Origin: Candidatus Hadarchaeota archaeon
GTDB taxonomy: Archaea > CAYQAE01 > CAYVLA01
Assembly (NCBI GenBank): GCA_964621445.1
Contig: CAZUNO010000013.1
Span: forward strand, 16,257-80,256
Direction of reading: 5' to 3'
Length of the DNA: 64,000 nt
Shown here: positions 9,964 through 19,599 of the stretch, one piece after another
How positions within the stretch are numbered: the stretch's first letter is position 1
How the letters are laid out: each line of letters begins with the position of its first letter
Notes under the pieces: generated by a model
What the model saw: the letters and a program-made list of their open reading frames with translations, nothing else
What the model was told of the DNA's origin: nothing
Databases searched by the model: none
Program-made: the position numbers and the translations under genes

Positions 9964-10782
9964 CTAGAGCAGGGGGTCCAGGATACGTTTAGCCTTCAGT
10001 ATATCCTTCCTCTGTTGAGGTCCCTTTATCTCCCGTTCTATGGTGACCGGTCCCCCAAAACCCGCGCCTTTTAGGCGTCTCATTAGGAGTTCGAACTCCA
10101 CCTCGCCCTCCCCCAGTGGCCTTTCATGACCCAGGTCCTCATCACGATTCGGCCAAACACCGTCCTTGGCATGCATGCCCCTGACGTATTCGCCGAATAT
10201 TTCCACTGCATCCAGAGGATTCGCCATCCCATACATTATAAGGTTGGCCGGGTCCAGGTTAACGCCCAGGTTGCCGGTGTCCACATCCTCTATGGTTCTC
10301 TTCAACGTGGAGGGCAACTCCTGGCCAGTCTCGAAACAGAAAATCTGATCGTTGCCCTTGCAGTGGAGAGCTAATTCACGCATTGCATCCACGAAACCCG
10401 AATATATCGGATCCTGCTCATCATCCGGTATGAACCCTATATGAGAGGTTATGCTGTCTATCCCCATATCGCGGGCCAGATCCGAGAATTTCTTGGCAAG
10501 CTCCAGCCTCCTCTTCCTGTGTTTGGGAGGCACAAGGCCCATGGTCTCAGGTCCCCGGTTTAGATTGAATACCTGTCCCTCGAATAGTAGGAACAAGGAA
10601 CTAATTCGGATGCCGGTCTTCTCCGCAGCCTCTTGAACCAGGTTGACATCAATCCTGTCCACCATCATTTCCGCAGTGCATGATAGCTGACAGGTAGGTA
10701 TCCCAAGGTCAAGGACCTTCCGGAAACTCTTCAGGGGATCATCCGATATGCCTACTATTAGACCAAGATCCATTTTTGGCAT
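9964..10782 (-). CDS. Sugar phosphate isomerase/epimerase (xylose isomerase-like TIM barrel)
   Basis: HIGFIP, FETGQE, NLDPANL, MHAKDG and TIERE metal-binding motifs. The start is probably ATG 10782 or 10773. Confidence 0.85.
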   Translation of the reverse strand: MPKMDLGLIVGISDDPLKSFRKVLDLGIPTCQLSCTAEMMVDRIDVNLVQEAAEKTGIRISSLFLLFEGQVFNLNRGPETMGLVPPKHRKRRLELAKKFSDLARDMGIDSITSHIGFIPDDEQDPIYSGFVDAMRELALHCKGNDQIFCFETGQELPSTLKRTIEDVDTGNLGVNLDPANLIMYGMANPLDAVEIFGEYVRGMHAKDGVWPNRDEDLGHERPLGEGEVEFELLMRRLKGAGFGGPVTIEREIKGPQQRKDILKAKRILDPLL

Positions 10783-10939
10783 AAGTCCACGCTCGATGCC
10801 CAATTGATAATGATATCCCATAAAATACTCGGAACGACTTTGGTCCTTCATTTCAACCTGCCTGAACTAGCAAAGATGCTTTCTTTGCTTATCTTCATAA
10901 TTGCCATAAATACATAAGACAAGAGCAGCAACGTCCCGT

Positions 10940-11941
10940 TTGGGCTGGAATATGGCGATGGAAACGGACAGGACCATCATTCCCCTTATGGCTCTGGTTT
11001 TTCTAGCACCCCTTATAGGGGAGGGCATATCCACATCGACCCCGGTTCATAAATTCTTCCAGCCCGTGACCCTCCTCTTGTTGATTGCTCTCTACGGATT
11101 TGGTGCCCTCCAAATCCGGGAGTCAATGGTTCGGTGGGGAAAGCAGGGAAATGCCTGGCGTTTCTTGCTTATCATGGGTGCGGCCTATGGGATAGTCGAG
11201 GAAGCTCTCTATCTCTTGAGTTTCTTCAATCCCCAATGGGTTGATCTGGGTCCCATGACCAATTACGGTCGTTGGTTAGGAGTCAATTGGCCCTGGGCAT
11301 TTGAATTGACCATCTTCCACGCCATCTATAGCATCACAATTCCCATTCTCGTAGTCCACACTATATTTCCATCCCTGCGGGATCGACCTTGGCTATCTGA
11401 GAAAGGCGACTTCACCTGTTTAGCCGTATTTCTCGTTAGTGGGCCTCTCTGGCTATTGTTCGTGACCGATAAGTACGGATATATCACGGGGGCAGCTCAA
11501 TATGGCGGATTTCTCCTCCTCGTATTGGTTCTGATTGCCATAGCACGAAGGGGAATCGGGGAAGATAATGGAACCCGACAGACCTCATCCCGGCCTAGAC
11601 CAGCTTTTCTCTTCATGTCGGGCTTGATATGGGCGATTTTATTCTTCCTGATCTTCGCCTGGCTTGTTCCTACCTGGGAGCAGCCCCCTATATTTTCCAT
11701 GACCGGCTTATTTGGAATCACCCTCCTTTGGGTGGTTCCAGTTGATCGCTGGCTAACCGGCAATCCATTCCGGGACCACATAACCATGACCTCCGCCGGT
11801 CTGGGGGCACTCTCATTTCTGATCATATTTCTCCTCCTGGTGGGCGAACCCCTAAGCAAGATAATATTTGGCATTCTGGGAGTGGCTATCATCCTGGTCA
11901 CGCTTCTGAAAATTGGGAAAAAAAGAGACCTTCCCGAATAG
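10940..11941 (+). CDS. Polytopic hypothetical membrane protein
   Basis: About 10 hydrophobic segments, with YGIVEE...SFFNP and FHAIYSI motifs typical of an uncharacterised membrane family. Confidence 0.75.
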   Translation: MGWNMAMETDRTIIPLMALVFLAPLIGEGISTSTPVHKFFQPVTLLLLIALYGFGALQIRESMVRWGKQGNAWRFLLIMGAAYGIVEEALYLLSFFNPQWVDLGPMTNYGRWLGVNWPWAFELTIFHAIYSITIPILVVHTIFPSLRDRPWLSEKGDFTCLAVFLVSGPLWLLFVTDKYGYITGAAQYGGFLLLVLVLIAIARRGIGEDNGTRQTSSRPRPAFLFMSGLIWAILFFLIFAWLVPTWEQPPIFSMTGLFGITLLWVVPVDRWLTGNPFRDHITMTSAGLGALSFLIIFLLLVGEPLSKIIFGILGVAIILVTLLKIGKKRDLPE

Positions 11942-12036
11942 GGTCACCAAAGTGTAGATCGGATTCCAAGTAAAAATATGGGCAATGCCAAAATCAAACA
12001 AAAACAAATAAGGAGACCCCTGTTGATCTTGGCGCC

Positions 12037-13020
12037 ATGCCGGATATTATCAGGACTGGTATCGTAGGTTTTGGCGGCATGGGACAGGGTCATGCTAGGA
12101 CGGTTTCGGATAACCCTGGAATGGATCTAGTGGGAGTCGCTGACCCCAGCCCTAAGACCCATAAATTAGCGGAGGATTTCGGGGTTATTGCCTTTAAAAA
12201 CTACGACGAGCTGATCGAAAAGGAGAACCCCCAGGCAATCATAGTGGCCTCTCCCTCCAATACCCATGGAGAGGTGGTAATGAAATGTTGTCAAGTCGGA
12301 ATACATGTTTTCTGCGAGAAGCCCTTTACAACCACATTCCAGGAATCCATAGAAGTAAGGGATGCCGTCAAGTCGTCCGACATAGTCTTTACCATAGGAT
12401 TGGTCCTCAGACATACGGAAACCTACGGAAGGGCAAAAGAGATGGTATCCCAGGGTCTTCTAGGCGGGATTGGAATGGCCGATTGCCGGTACTCCGGGAA
12501 CCTTTTGGGACGATATGAATACGTATTTTCAAAAAACCTGGGAAGGGGCCTCATCAATGAGCACACCATTCACATGATCGATGCCATGGAGTATATCCTG
12601 GGACCGGTAGAATCGGTGCTGGCCACCACCGACGCCTCCAAAATGCATACTGAATACAACGCGGCCATGATCCTCAAGCATAGGAGCGGTTCCTTTACCT
12701 CCATAACCGCCAGCGGAGTATCGACGCTATCAAGCCATGCCTGGATCACCGGTCAAGACCTGGAGATTCTGATCGAAAATAATACGGATCTTCTAACCAG
12801 AGAGGATGGGGAAGAGAAAAAAATTCTATCAACAAATCTGGGCTACGACAGGGAGATCGAGGACTTCAGGCGATCCATCGTTAGCGGTAAAAAGCCACTA
12901 ACCGGGATAGACGAGGCCTTCGCCTCCTCACGTCTAATCGAAGCTATCTACAGGTCTTCGGAAAACGGGGAACAGGTAGAGCCCCTGGAACTGGAATCCC
13001 AGGCAGCTCTGGACGAATGA
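12037..13020 (+). CDS. Gfo/Idh/MocA family oxidoreductase
   Basis: GIVGFGGMG, HVFCEKP and EHTIHMID. Confidence 0.9.
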   Translation: MPDIIRTGIVGFGGMGQGHARTVSDNPGMDLVGVADPSPKTHKLAEDFGVIAFKNYDELIEKENPQAIIVASPSNTHGEVVMKCCQVGIHVFCEKPFTTTFQESIEVRDAVKSSDIVFTIGLVLRHTETYGRAKEMVSQGLLGGIGMADCRYSGNLLGRYEYVFSKNLGRGLINEHTIHMIDAMEYILGPVESVLATTDASKMHTEYNAAMILKHRSGSFTSITASGVSTLSSHAWITGQDLEILIENNTDLLTREDGEEKKILSTNLGYDREIEDFRRSIVSGKKPLTGIDEAFASSRLIEAIYRSSENGEQVEPLELESQAALDE

Positions 13021-13040
13021 TTAACCTTTAATCCCGGAAA

Positions 13041-13892
13041 CTAGGTTTTGGGCTTCATGTAATTCTTCATGAAGCTCTCCATTTTCCCATTCTTGTAGAC
13101 CCTGATCAACTCAAGCATTCCGTTATGGGCAGGGATTGTCGTGCCTTTCAGGGAGAAGATCACGAACAGTCTGTCGTCCTTCTCCACCTCCTCGAACTTC
13201 ACGGTACCGTACATGGGGGCTTCCATGATCTGTTCGTATTTTCCTTCAACCTCTATCTCGCTGACCGCCCTGTAACGTTGGGACTGGTTGTTATGGGTCA
13301 AAGTAAGGTCCACAATGGTCCGGTTGCGGTTGAAGAAGTAGTCCGAGACACCCTCGAAATAGTAGAATACGGAGCCGTTGGTTTGGTTGAGCCAAACCAC
13401 ATAGGTGGAGGTGGCGCCCAATCCTGCCTTTCCGGGAGCGCTTGCCTTTAGAACATCGGTGAAGTCATACATATACATGTCGAATTCGTATGTACGGCTC
13501 TGGTTTCTCCACTCAACCGTCCCGTTCCACATGTCCGGATCCGCACCTATGTATCGGGCCTGATCCATCATTCTGTTTATCTTGGCCAGGTTCATTATGG
13601 TCTCTTCATGGGTATCCCCGGTGGTGACATTGCTATCCAGGTACGCAATATCCTCATCCCGAATCTTCTTGAGGGTATTGTACCTCACTTTCACCTGTTC
13701 AAGCGGCCTTCTGCTTATCATGCTCAACACGAAAGCATACTTCTGCTCCATTGTCGAGAGTGTGGAGGGGTACTCGTTCCTCAGTATGGTCACATCCTCC
13801 TCCGCGCTCTCACCAATGATGAACAGGGTTATCAGTGTCGAGAGCACGATTGCAATACCTATTACGCCGACAAGACTTCTATCAACCTTCAT
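13041..13892 (-). CDS. Unknown N-terminally membrane-anchored protein, paralog family A (copy 1)
   Basis: N-terminal TM helix ending LSTLI. It shares NEYP, ISR, YDF, YFEG.SD.F, VEKDD and IRVY.NG motifs with the ORFs at 15204, 27018 and 52723. Confidence 0.8.
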   Translation of the reverse strand: MKVDRSLVGVIGIAIVLSTLITLFIIGESAEEDVTILRNEYPSTLSTMEQKYAFVLSMISRRPLEQVKVRYNTLKKIRDEDIAYLDSNVTTGDTHEETIMNLAKINRMMDQARYIGADPDMWNGTVEWRNQSRTYEFDMYMYDFTDVLKASAPGKAGLGATSTYVVWLNQTNGSVFYYFEGVSDYFFNRNRTIVDLTLTHNNQSQRYRAVSEIEVEGKYEQIMEAPMYGTVKFEEVEKDDRLFVIFSLKGTTIPAHNGMLELIRVYKNGKMESFMKNYMKPKT

Positions 13893-13940
13893 TCTTGTCC
13901 CAACCTATCCTCATCAATTCGATGAATAATTGCCACCAAA

Positions 13941-15059
13941 CTATTCTTCCCCTTCAGCGGCTTCTTCCACTTCCTGATCCCTCTCCCTGGCAGGGACGAT
14001 GAAGCAGAAGTAGGAGATTATGGCTATCAGTATTACTCCCACCACTATCAGCAGCACTGACCTCATCAGACTGGAGCTCTTTTCCTGCTGTTGGCTTTCC
14101 TCAACCTCCTCCTGTAGCTGCTTCTCCTCTTCCTCCATCTGCTCGAACTTCTCTTCAGCATGGGCCATAGAATCCTCGTACTTGTTTTCCTGTTCCCATG
14201 CGTAGTATATGGAGTTCTGCAATATCTTCCGGAAGTTCTCGTCCTGGAGGAAGTTGCTGAAGTGCGTGGGGTCCTCCTCCTTCGTCGAAATCATGTCCGT
14301 TCCCGCAAAGGTAATCGAGGTTCCATTTCTCTCGTAAACGACCACCAAGGGGGCGCCCAGTTCCTGATCCTCATAAACCATGGTGTAATCGCCCTCCTCA
14401 GGCATGAGATGGGTAAATTCCTTGGTGCTCTCATTCAGGTGGGCAACGAATCTTTTGTCCTGAAGCGAGAACTCGTCAGCAACCCCTTCCGTGATCTGAT
14501 GGTCATCTGCCTCCACATAGAATGTTCTTCTGACCATTTCACGAACCTCGTTCTCCTCACACCTGGGGATTTCAACTACCCTCGTCTCCCCGGTTTCCGT
14601 ATTACGGCAAATGAATGTGGGGCTCACCGATTGGTATGAAGTGCCGAAGATGGGGAATATGGTCCCGTTCAATTCTAGGGTAATGTCCTCATGTCCCACG
14701 CTTCCCATACCAACTATTGAACCCCCCTGATTGAAGTACCACTCCAGGGCGGGAACCATCCTCTCAGCATTAAGCTCCCATGTCGTCAGGGCAACGACCA
14801 CGCACTTGACCTGGGGGAAATAGAGCAGGGTATTCATGAGATCCTGGTTCCCCACCAGCACGATTTCCGCTTTGCCCGAAAGTCTGGAATCGGCCTCAAT
14901 AAGGTCCTGCAGGGCCTCACCATAAAGACTGAGGTCCTGATCGCCCTTTTTCGGCCCATGATAAATCAAGATCACGGGCTTTTCCTCCTGAGCCAGGAGC
15001 ACAGGAGAAACCATTACGACCGCGAGCATTCCAATGATAAGTAGTCCCGACTTGTGCAT
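13941..15059 (-). CDS. Secreted ThuA/class I GATase-like domain protein with coiled coil and C-terminal TM, paralog family B (copy 1)
   Basis: Signal peptide, PVILIY, YFNQGGSIVG, HQITEGV..F and GAPLVV, followed by an E/Q-rich coiled coil and a TM helix. It is paralogous to the ORFs at 16076 and 51747. Confidence 0.75.
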   Translation of the reverse strand: MHKSGLLIIGMLAVVMVSPVLLAQEEKPVILIYHGPKKGDQDLSLYGEALQDLIEADSRLSGKAEIVLVGNQDLMNTLLYFPQVKCVVVALTTWELNAERMVPALEWYFNQGGSIVGMGSVGHEDITLELNGTIFPIFGTSYQSVSPTFICRNTETGETRVVEIPRCEENEVREMVRRTFYVEADDHQITEGVADEFSLQDKRFVAHLNESTKEFTHLMPEEGDYTMVYEDQELGAPLVVVYERNGTSITFAGTDMISTKEEDPTHFSNFLQDENFRKILQNSIYYAWEQENKYEDSMAHAEEKFEQMEEEEKQLQEEVEESQQQEKSSSLMRSVLLIVVGVILIAIISYFCFIVPARERDQEVEEAAEGEE

Positions 15060-15203
15060 CTAATTCACCAATCACTACGCACTTCCTATGTAATGGCGAA
15101 GGCCCCATATTTAAACTTTTTTATCCCACCAATACGCAAAAGCAATTTATAGGAGTAAATATAGAGTTCTTCCTACAGGAAAACACTCCAGGAGAGAAAA
15201 AAT
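15060..15203. promoter_or_regulatory. Divergent archaeal promoter region between two A/B modules
   Basis: AT-rich spacer between head-to-head genes. It has TATA-like TTTAAA (about 15110, for the minus-strand gene) and a purine-rich BRE-like stretch followed by TTTATA (about 15146, for the plus-strand gene). Confidence 0.5.
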
Positions 15204-16061
15204 ATGGTGGAAGTTGACAAAAGGGTAATCGGCCTGGCACTCTTGTCAGTTATCCTATCAACCCTAATTATGATCACGATTGCCGGCGAAGATATAGAAC
15301 AACCAGTTGAGATACTGAAGAACGAGTACCCAAGGAAGCTCGGTGGTCGGAAGACGACCTTTAGTTTTGCCATGGTTTCCAGGGAAAAGTTTGAAAATGT
15401 CGAGATGAGGTTCGCCATGCTGAGCCGGGAGTCCCTGAGGGCCGCAGATATGATTGACCCCCAGAAAGAGTTTAACGTTACTGATTCACCCCAGGATGTC
15501 CTGGATAACGTGGTAAAATTCGACTGGCTCATGAACCAGACCTCCCTGCTGGGAATAGAGGCGGAGAAATTCGAACGTGAATTCCAGTTCCAGGGAGTGC
15601 AGGGGGATATGGTACTGTATGACTATACTGCTATCTTAGGATCTCTCTCCGGCCAGGAGATAGCCGTCTCCGTTCCCCTGCTATACGCAGCGATAATTGA
15701 CGAGAATGGATACAGTTACTATTTTGAGGGAAAATCGGACTTTTTCTACGAACCGGAAATGAACCTCGTCTCCCTCACCACATCCCATAACGAAAACGAA
15801 ACCAGCTATCTGCCCGAGGATCAGGCCTGGGGAGACGTCAAGTTACCGATTTCGGAAGCCCCGACCGGGGTTCTGGAATACAGATCGGTGGATAAGGACG
15901 ACACCTTCAGCGTCATATTCACCGTGGAAATGACGGAAAGCCCCCCTGGATTCTCCATCCCCATTAAGGAGGAGGAAATGAACTTGGTTCTGATCCAAGT
16001 CATTAGGGCCTACCTGGACGGGGAGCTGTTCGAGGATCCAATATTCAATTTGATTGAGTGA
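15204..16061 (+). CDS. Unknown N-terminally membrane-anchored protein, paralog family A (copy 2)
   Basis: VILSTLI TM, KNEYP, YYFEGKSDFF, VDKDD and QVIRAYLDG. Confidence 0.8.
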   Translation: MVEVDKRVIGLALLSVILSTLIMITIAGEDIEQPVEILKNEYPRKLGGRKTTFSFAMVSREKFENVEMRFAMLSRESLRAADMIDPQKEFNVTDSPQDVLDNVVKFDWLMNQTSLLGIEAEKFEREFQFQGVQGDMVLYDYTAILGSLSGQEIAVSVPLLYAAIIDENGYSYYFEGKSDFFYEPEMNLVSLTTSHNENETSYLPEDQAWGDVKLPISEAPTGVLEYRSVDKDDTFSVIFTVEMTESPPGFSIPIKEEEMNLVLIQVIRAYLDGELFEDPIFNLIE

Positions 16062-16075
16062 TTGAGGTGATATCG

Positions 16076-17050
16076 ATGAAACGTTTGACGGCTCTGTTGG
16101 TTGCTTCTGTGTTGCTTTCGGTACTACCTGTATATGCACAATCCGAAGAGGTTAGACCGGTTATTTTGGTATATACCGGGATCGATCAGGGTTTTGCAGA
16201 GATGCTGGCACCCCTGATAGAGGAGAATGAGGATATAGATAGCGAGGTACAGGTGGTGACATCGCCTGAAACGCTTAGTATAGCCGCGGCCTTACCCCAG
16301 ACCGAGTGCATAATCATATACGCCTCAAACGAGGCTGAACTCGAGGGGCTGGAAGACGCCATTACGACCTTCTTCCTGCAGGGCGGTGGAGTTATAGGCA
16401 TTAGGGATGCATGCTACGAGCCCTATGCCGGCAAACTGGCAACCGAGGTTTTCCCGACTCATGCTAATGAGTCCAAAAGACAGATGAGCCCCAGGGAAAC
16501 CCGGGCCAGGACCTATGTGAAGCAGGAGGACACCAGCCTCACTGAGGGTCTTCCAGAGAAATTTGATCTCATCAGCATGGGGACCTATTACCCGGCCGAT
16601 TCAGAGGGCAACTATCTTGAAAGCATCGATCAGGATAAACACATCCCCTATAAGGATGAGGAGATCGGCTCGCCGCTGGTAATAGCTAACGACAATGAAA
16701 ATGGAGGCAAATCCATAGGTCTCCCTGGTATATGGACCATAGGCAACTCACGTGTGGATGTCTACTACGGCAACCTCGTTGCCCAGGAGGAATTCCAGAC
16801 CCTGTTCAGTAACATAGTGCAATGGACGGCGAAGGAAAGCTCTAGATTTAGGGATATTGAGGAAGGCCTCGAGGAGAAGATCGAAGAGGCCAAGGGCAAG
16901 GCCGAAAGACTGAAGGAAGAGGCCGAAGAGGCTCGTAGGAAGGAGGAAACCCAGAGATTGATCTTCTTGATAGGTGTATGGGCTGCAGGCCTTATCGTCT
17001 GCGGAGTGATAGTAAAGAAGATGATCCTGGTGCCTATAGAGCCTGAGTGA
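16076..17050 (+). CDS. Secreted ThuA/GATase-like protein with coiled coil and C-terminal TM, paralog family B (copy 2)
   Basis: GAGGTGA RBS lies 5 nt before ATG 16076. It has the signal peptide MKRLTALL..., PVILVY, FFLQGGGVIG and GSPLVIA, then a coiled coil and TM helix. Confidence 0.78.
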   Translation: MKRLTALLVASVLLSVLPVYAQSEEVRPVILVYTGIDQGFAEMLAPLIEENEDIDSEVQVVTSPETLSIAAALPQTECIIIYASNEAELEGLEDAITTFFLQGGGVIGIRDACYEPYAGKLATEVFPTHANESKRQMSPRETRARTYVKQEDTSLTEGLPEKFDLISMGTYYPADSEGNYLESIDQDKHIPYKDEEIGSPLVIANDNENGGKSIGLPGIWTIGNSRVDVYYGNLVAQEEFQTLFSNIVQWTAKESSRFRDIEEGLEEKIEEAKGKAERLKEEAEEARRKEETQRLIFLIGVWAAGLIVCGVIVKKMILVPIEPE

Positions 17051-17087
17051 AGGGGTTTACTGGTAAAGGCTAGTTAATTACCCGGAT

Positions 17088-17978
17088 TCACTCGCTGAGG
17101 CTATCGGCCAAGAGCTGGTCTATAGATACAACCCGCACACTACTGGGGACTGTATCGGTCCCAATTACCTCTAAAGCTCCCGCCTGGTGAATTAGACTAA
17201 GCGCTCCCCCGATTAGCAGGGGGTGGGTACACGCAGCAATGGTCATCTTCGCCCCTGCCTGTTTTGCCAGGGAAATGGCCTCTGCCATTGTTCCCCCTGT
17301 GCTGATGATATCATCGGCGATTACCACGTCCCTTCCCTTAACCTCCAGGTCTCCAGCAGATATCTCAACATCCTCGGGGCCCTTTCTAACCTTTTTCATG
17401 ACCGTGAAGTCAGCGTCTATCTCTTTGGCCATGGCCCTGGCCCACTGTTTCGCTTCCTCGTCAGGGGCGACAACCACCGGTTCGTCGAGGGAATAGTTAT
17501 TGAGTATGAAATCCCCAATTAAGGGCATTGCCGTCAGGTTATGGCATTCTATATTGAACATCTTGGCGACATCCGCAACCCGATGTAGGTGAATATCAAC
17601 GGTATACAGTTCCTCCAGTCCCGAGAATTCCAGTAGCTTGCTGACAACCCGGAAACTGACCACCTCTCCCGACTTGAAACTCACATCCTGCCTGGAGTAT
17701 GCAAAATAAGGAATAACACCCCGTATTTTTGCAGCTCCAAGTTCGGAAAGGGTATCCGTGAGAAATAGCATCTCCATTAGTAGGTTATCAGGCTGAAATC
17801 CCATGGTTTGTATCAGTATTACTTCCTCGTTCTCAACTGGAGTGTGGATTCGAAGGTATTTTTCTCCATCAGGGAAGGTCTTTATCTCAACGTTGCCAAA
17901 TGTGGCGTTCATCTTGTGGGCAACCCGGGCTGCTAGACCTTGAGAGCCAGAACCGCCGATTACAATCGGACCAGACAT
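17088..17978 (-). CDS. prs: Ribose-phosphate pyrophosphokinase
   Basis: FPDGEKYLR, PYFAYSRQD, VDIH and the PRPP-binding motif VIADDIISTGGT. Confidence 0.95.
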   Translation of the reverse strand: MSGPIVIGGSGSQGLAARVAHKMNATFGNVEIKTFPDGEKYLRIHTPVENEEVILIQTMGFQPDNLLMEMLFLTDTLSELGAAKIRGVIPYFAYSRQDVSFKSGEVVSFRVVSKLLEFSGLEELYTVDIHLHRVADVAKMFNIECHNLTAMPLIGDFILNNYSLDEPVVVAPDEEAKQWARAMAKEIDADFTVMKKVRKGPEDVEISAGDLEVKGRDVVIADDIISTGGTMAEAISLAKQAGAKMTIAACTHPLLIGGALSLIHQAGALEVIGTDTVPSSVRVVSIDQLLADSLSE

Positions 17979-18068
17979 ATAGGATATTCTCTTCTGGGTC
18001 AATATAAAGGTATTCGGGACTTAATAATCTTGAAAAATTAGCCCGGGTGTTATCAAGCAAGACCCTTC

Positions 18069-19409
18069 TTACTCAAGCTGGTCCCTGATCCTGGTCTGGG
18101 ATTTGAGGGAGATCACTCCACCGATCGCTATCAGTACCACCGATACGTAATAACCTCCGAATACGATCTGCCTGGTCATTACTATGAATGGGAGAGCAAA
18201 TAGGAAGAGGCCGATCATCACTCCACCGCCGTATGATTTACCGGGCTTAAAATAGGATAAAAAGGCTCCCAGGAGCCCGCAACAGGCAAATATGAGGCTC
18301 ACCGAGAGCAGAGTTCCACCAAAAAAGGAAACCTCGGTTGCCACGGGCAAGAGGTCGGCATTTATCATCAACCATGTGTAGGAACCGAGCGCTAAACCGG
18401 CACCCAGAAGCCCCAGGGCCACCACGACCTTGTGATCGATGGTCGGAAGTACCTCTGCCTCCCGGTAAACTGGTTTGGAGACCTGAGCAGGCTTCAGCCC
18501 CAGAACCCGATCAATATAGGGCAGCCGACCGAAGATCCTGACCCCTTCACGCTCTGAGTAATGCATCAGATAGGGTTTGCCGTAGTATTCTATCCGCATC
18601 ACCTTGTCCGATAGCCTGATTGGTCTCCCGCAGTAAGCGCATATGCCCCCCTCCCCCGAAGCGTCCTCGATACCCTCCACAAAACGGGAAACTGAGAGAA
18701 GCTTGCTACCTTTGGATGTTATGGTTATGCTCCCCCCGCTCACCCTGAGAACTCCCTGATCCATAAGGTCGGATAGGACCTCATCCATGGAAACCTCCGG
18801 CTCTTCCGCGAAAAACTCGGAAAGCTGATTCTTGGTAAAACTTCTGCCGTACTTGTGCCTAGCTTCTATCAGTGGCTGAACCGAGTGCGTTATCTCTCTG
18901 ACTTCCTTGGCCTTCGCCTTGGACAGTGGGCTGAGCATGGTGAATTGTTCCAGGTATATATCCCTGCCTAAAGCGATTCCCAGAAGGCCAAGCACTAGCG
19001 ATGCGGCAGTGGTCATCAAGCTGTCGGGATCGAATAAAGATTTGGCGACCCTCGTCAGGGCGGTTTCCAATGCAGTTCCCTTGACCAGCAGGGAGGAGGT
19101 ACCGGCTAAAAGTATTCCACCAATGAAGGCCACGGAGCATATGAGCCATAGCGTCACTCCCTGTTTAGTCTGAAAACTTATGTCCTTGCTATCTAGATCC
19201 TGGGAGAAATAGTATCCCGCTGCAGTTCCTGCAACCAGATGAGCGGCCAGAATGAGATATGAACGGAGCATGGCAAAGGGAGGGAAAAGATATCCAATTA
19301 AAACAAAAATTGCCATTATTAGGAAGGCGTAGCCGCCATTTCTGACATAGCCCTTTCTTAGAAGCAGGGCTCGTTCCTCTGAGGAAAGGTTGCTCTCGGG
19401 AGAGGACAT
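18069..19409 (-). CDS. Hypothetical membrane protein: TM block, winged-helix-like segment, CxxC metal-binding motif, second TM block
   Basis: About 4 TM helices at each end. The middle contains LSDLMDQGVLRV...ITITSKG (wHTH-like) and CAYCGRPI...YYGKPY (TRASH/YHS-like). Confidence 0.65.
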   Translation of the reverse strand: MSSPESNLSSEERALLLRKGYVRNGGYAFLIMAIFVLIGYLFPPFAMLRSYLILAAHLVAGTAAGYYFSQDLDSKDISFQTKQGVTLWLICSVAFIGGILLAGTSSLLVKGTALETALTRVAKSLFDPDSLMTTAASLVLGLLGIALGRDIYLEQFTMLSPLSKAKAKEVREITHSVQPLIEARHKYGRSFTKNQLSEFFAEEPEVSMDEVLSDLMDQGVLRVSGGSITITSKGSKLLSVSRFVEGIEDASGEGGICAYCGRPIRLSDKVMRIEYYGKPYLMHYSEREGVRIFGRLPYIDRVLGLKPAQVSKPVYREAEVLPTIDHKVVVALGLLGAGLALGSYTWLMINADLLPVATEVSFFGGTLLSVSLIFACCGLLGAFLSYFKPGKSYGGGVMIGLFLFALPFIVMTRQIVFGGYYVSVVLIAIGGVISLKSQTRIRDQLE

Positions 19410-19599
19410 CCAACCAGAGCCTCTGGCCGAAATTGTCTTAAATGTATCGGGATATTACTTCAATGTCTAATTTCCTACCTTCCAATGGATAAAATCAGGC
19501 TCAGCCTGGAAATACAATTCGATCATCATATTTCAAAGTAAAAGGGCTCAGGAATAGATTTACAAACTCCGCTGAGGTTCCTCTATACAAGGAGATCCC

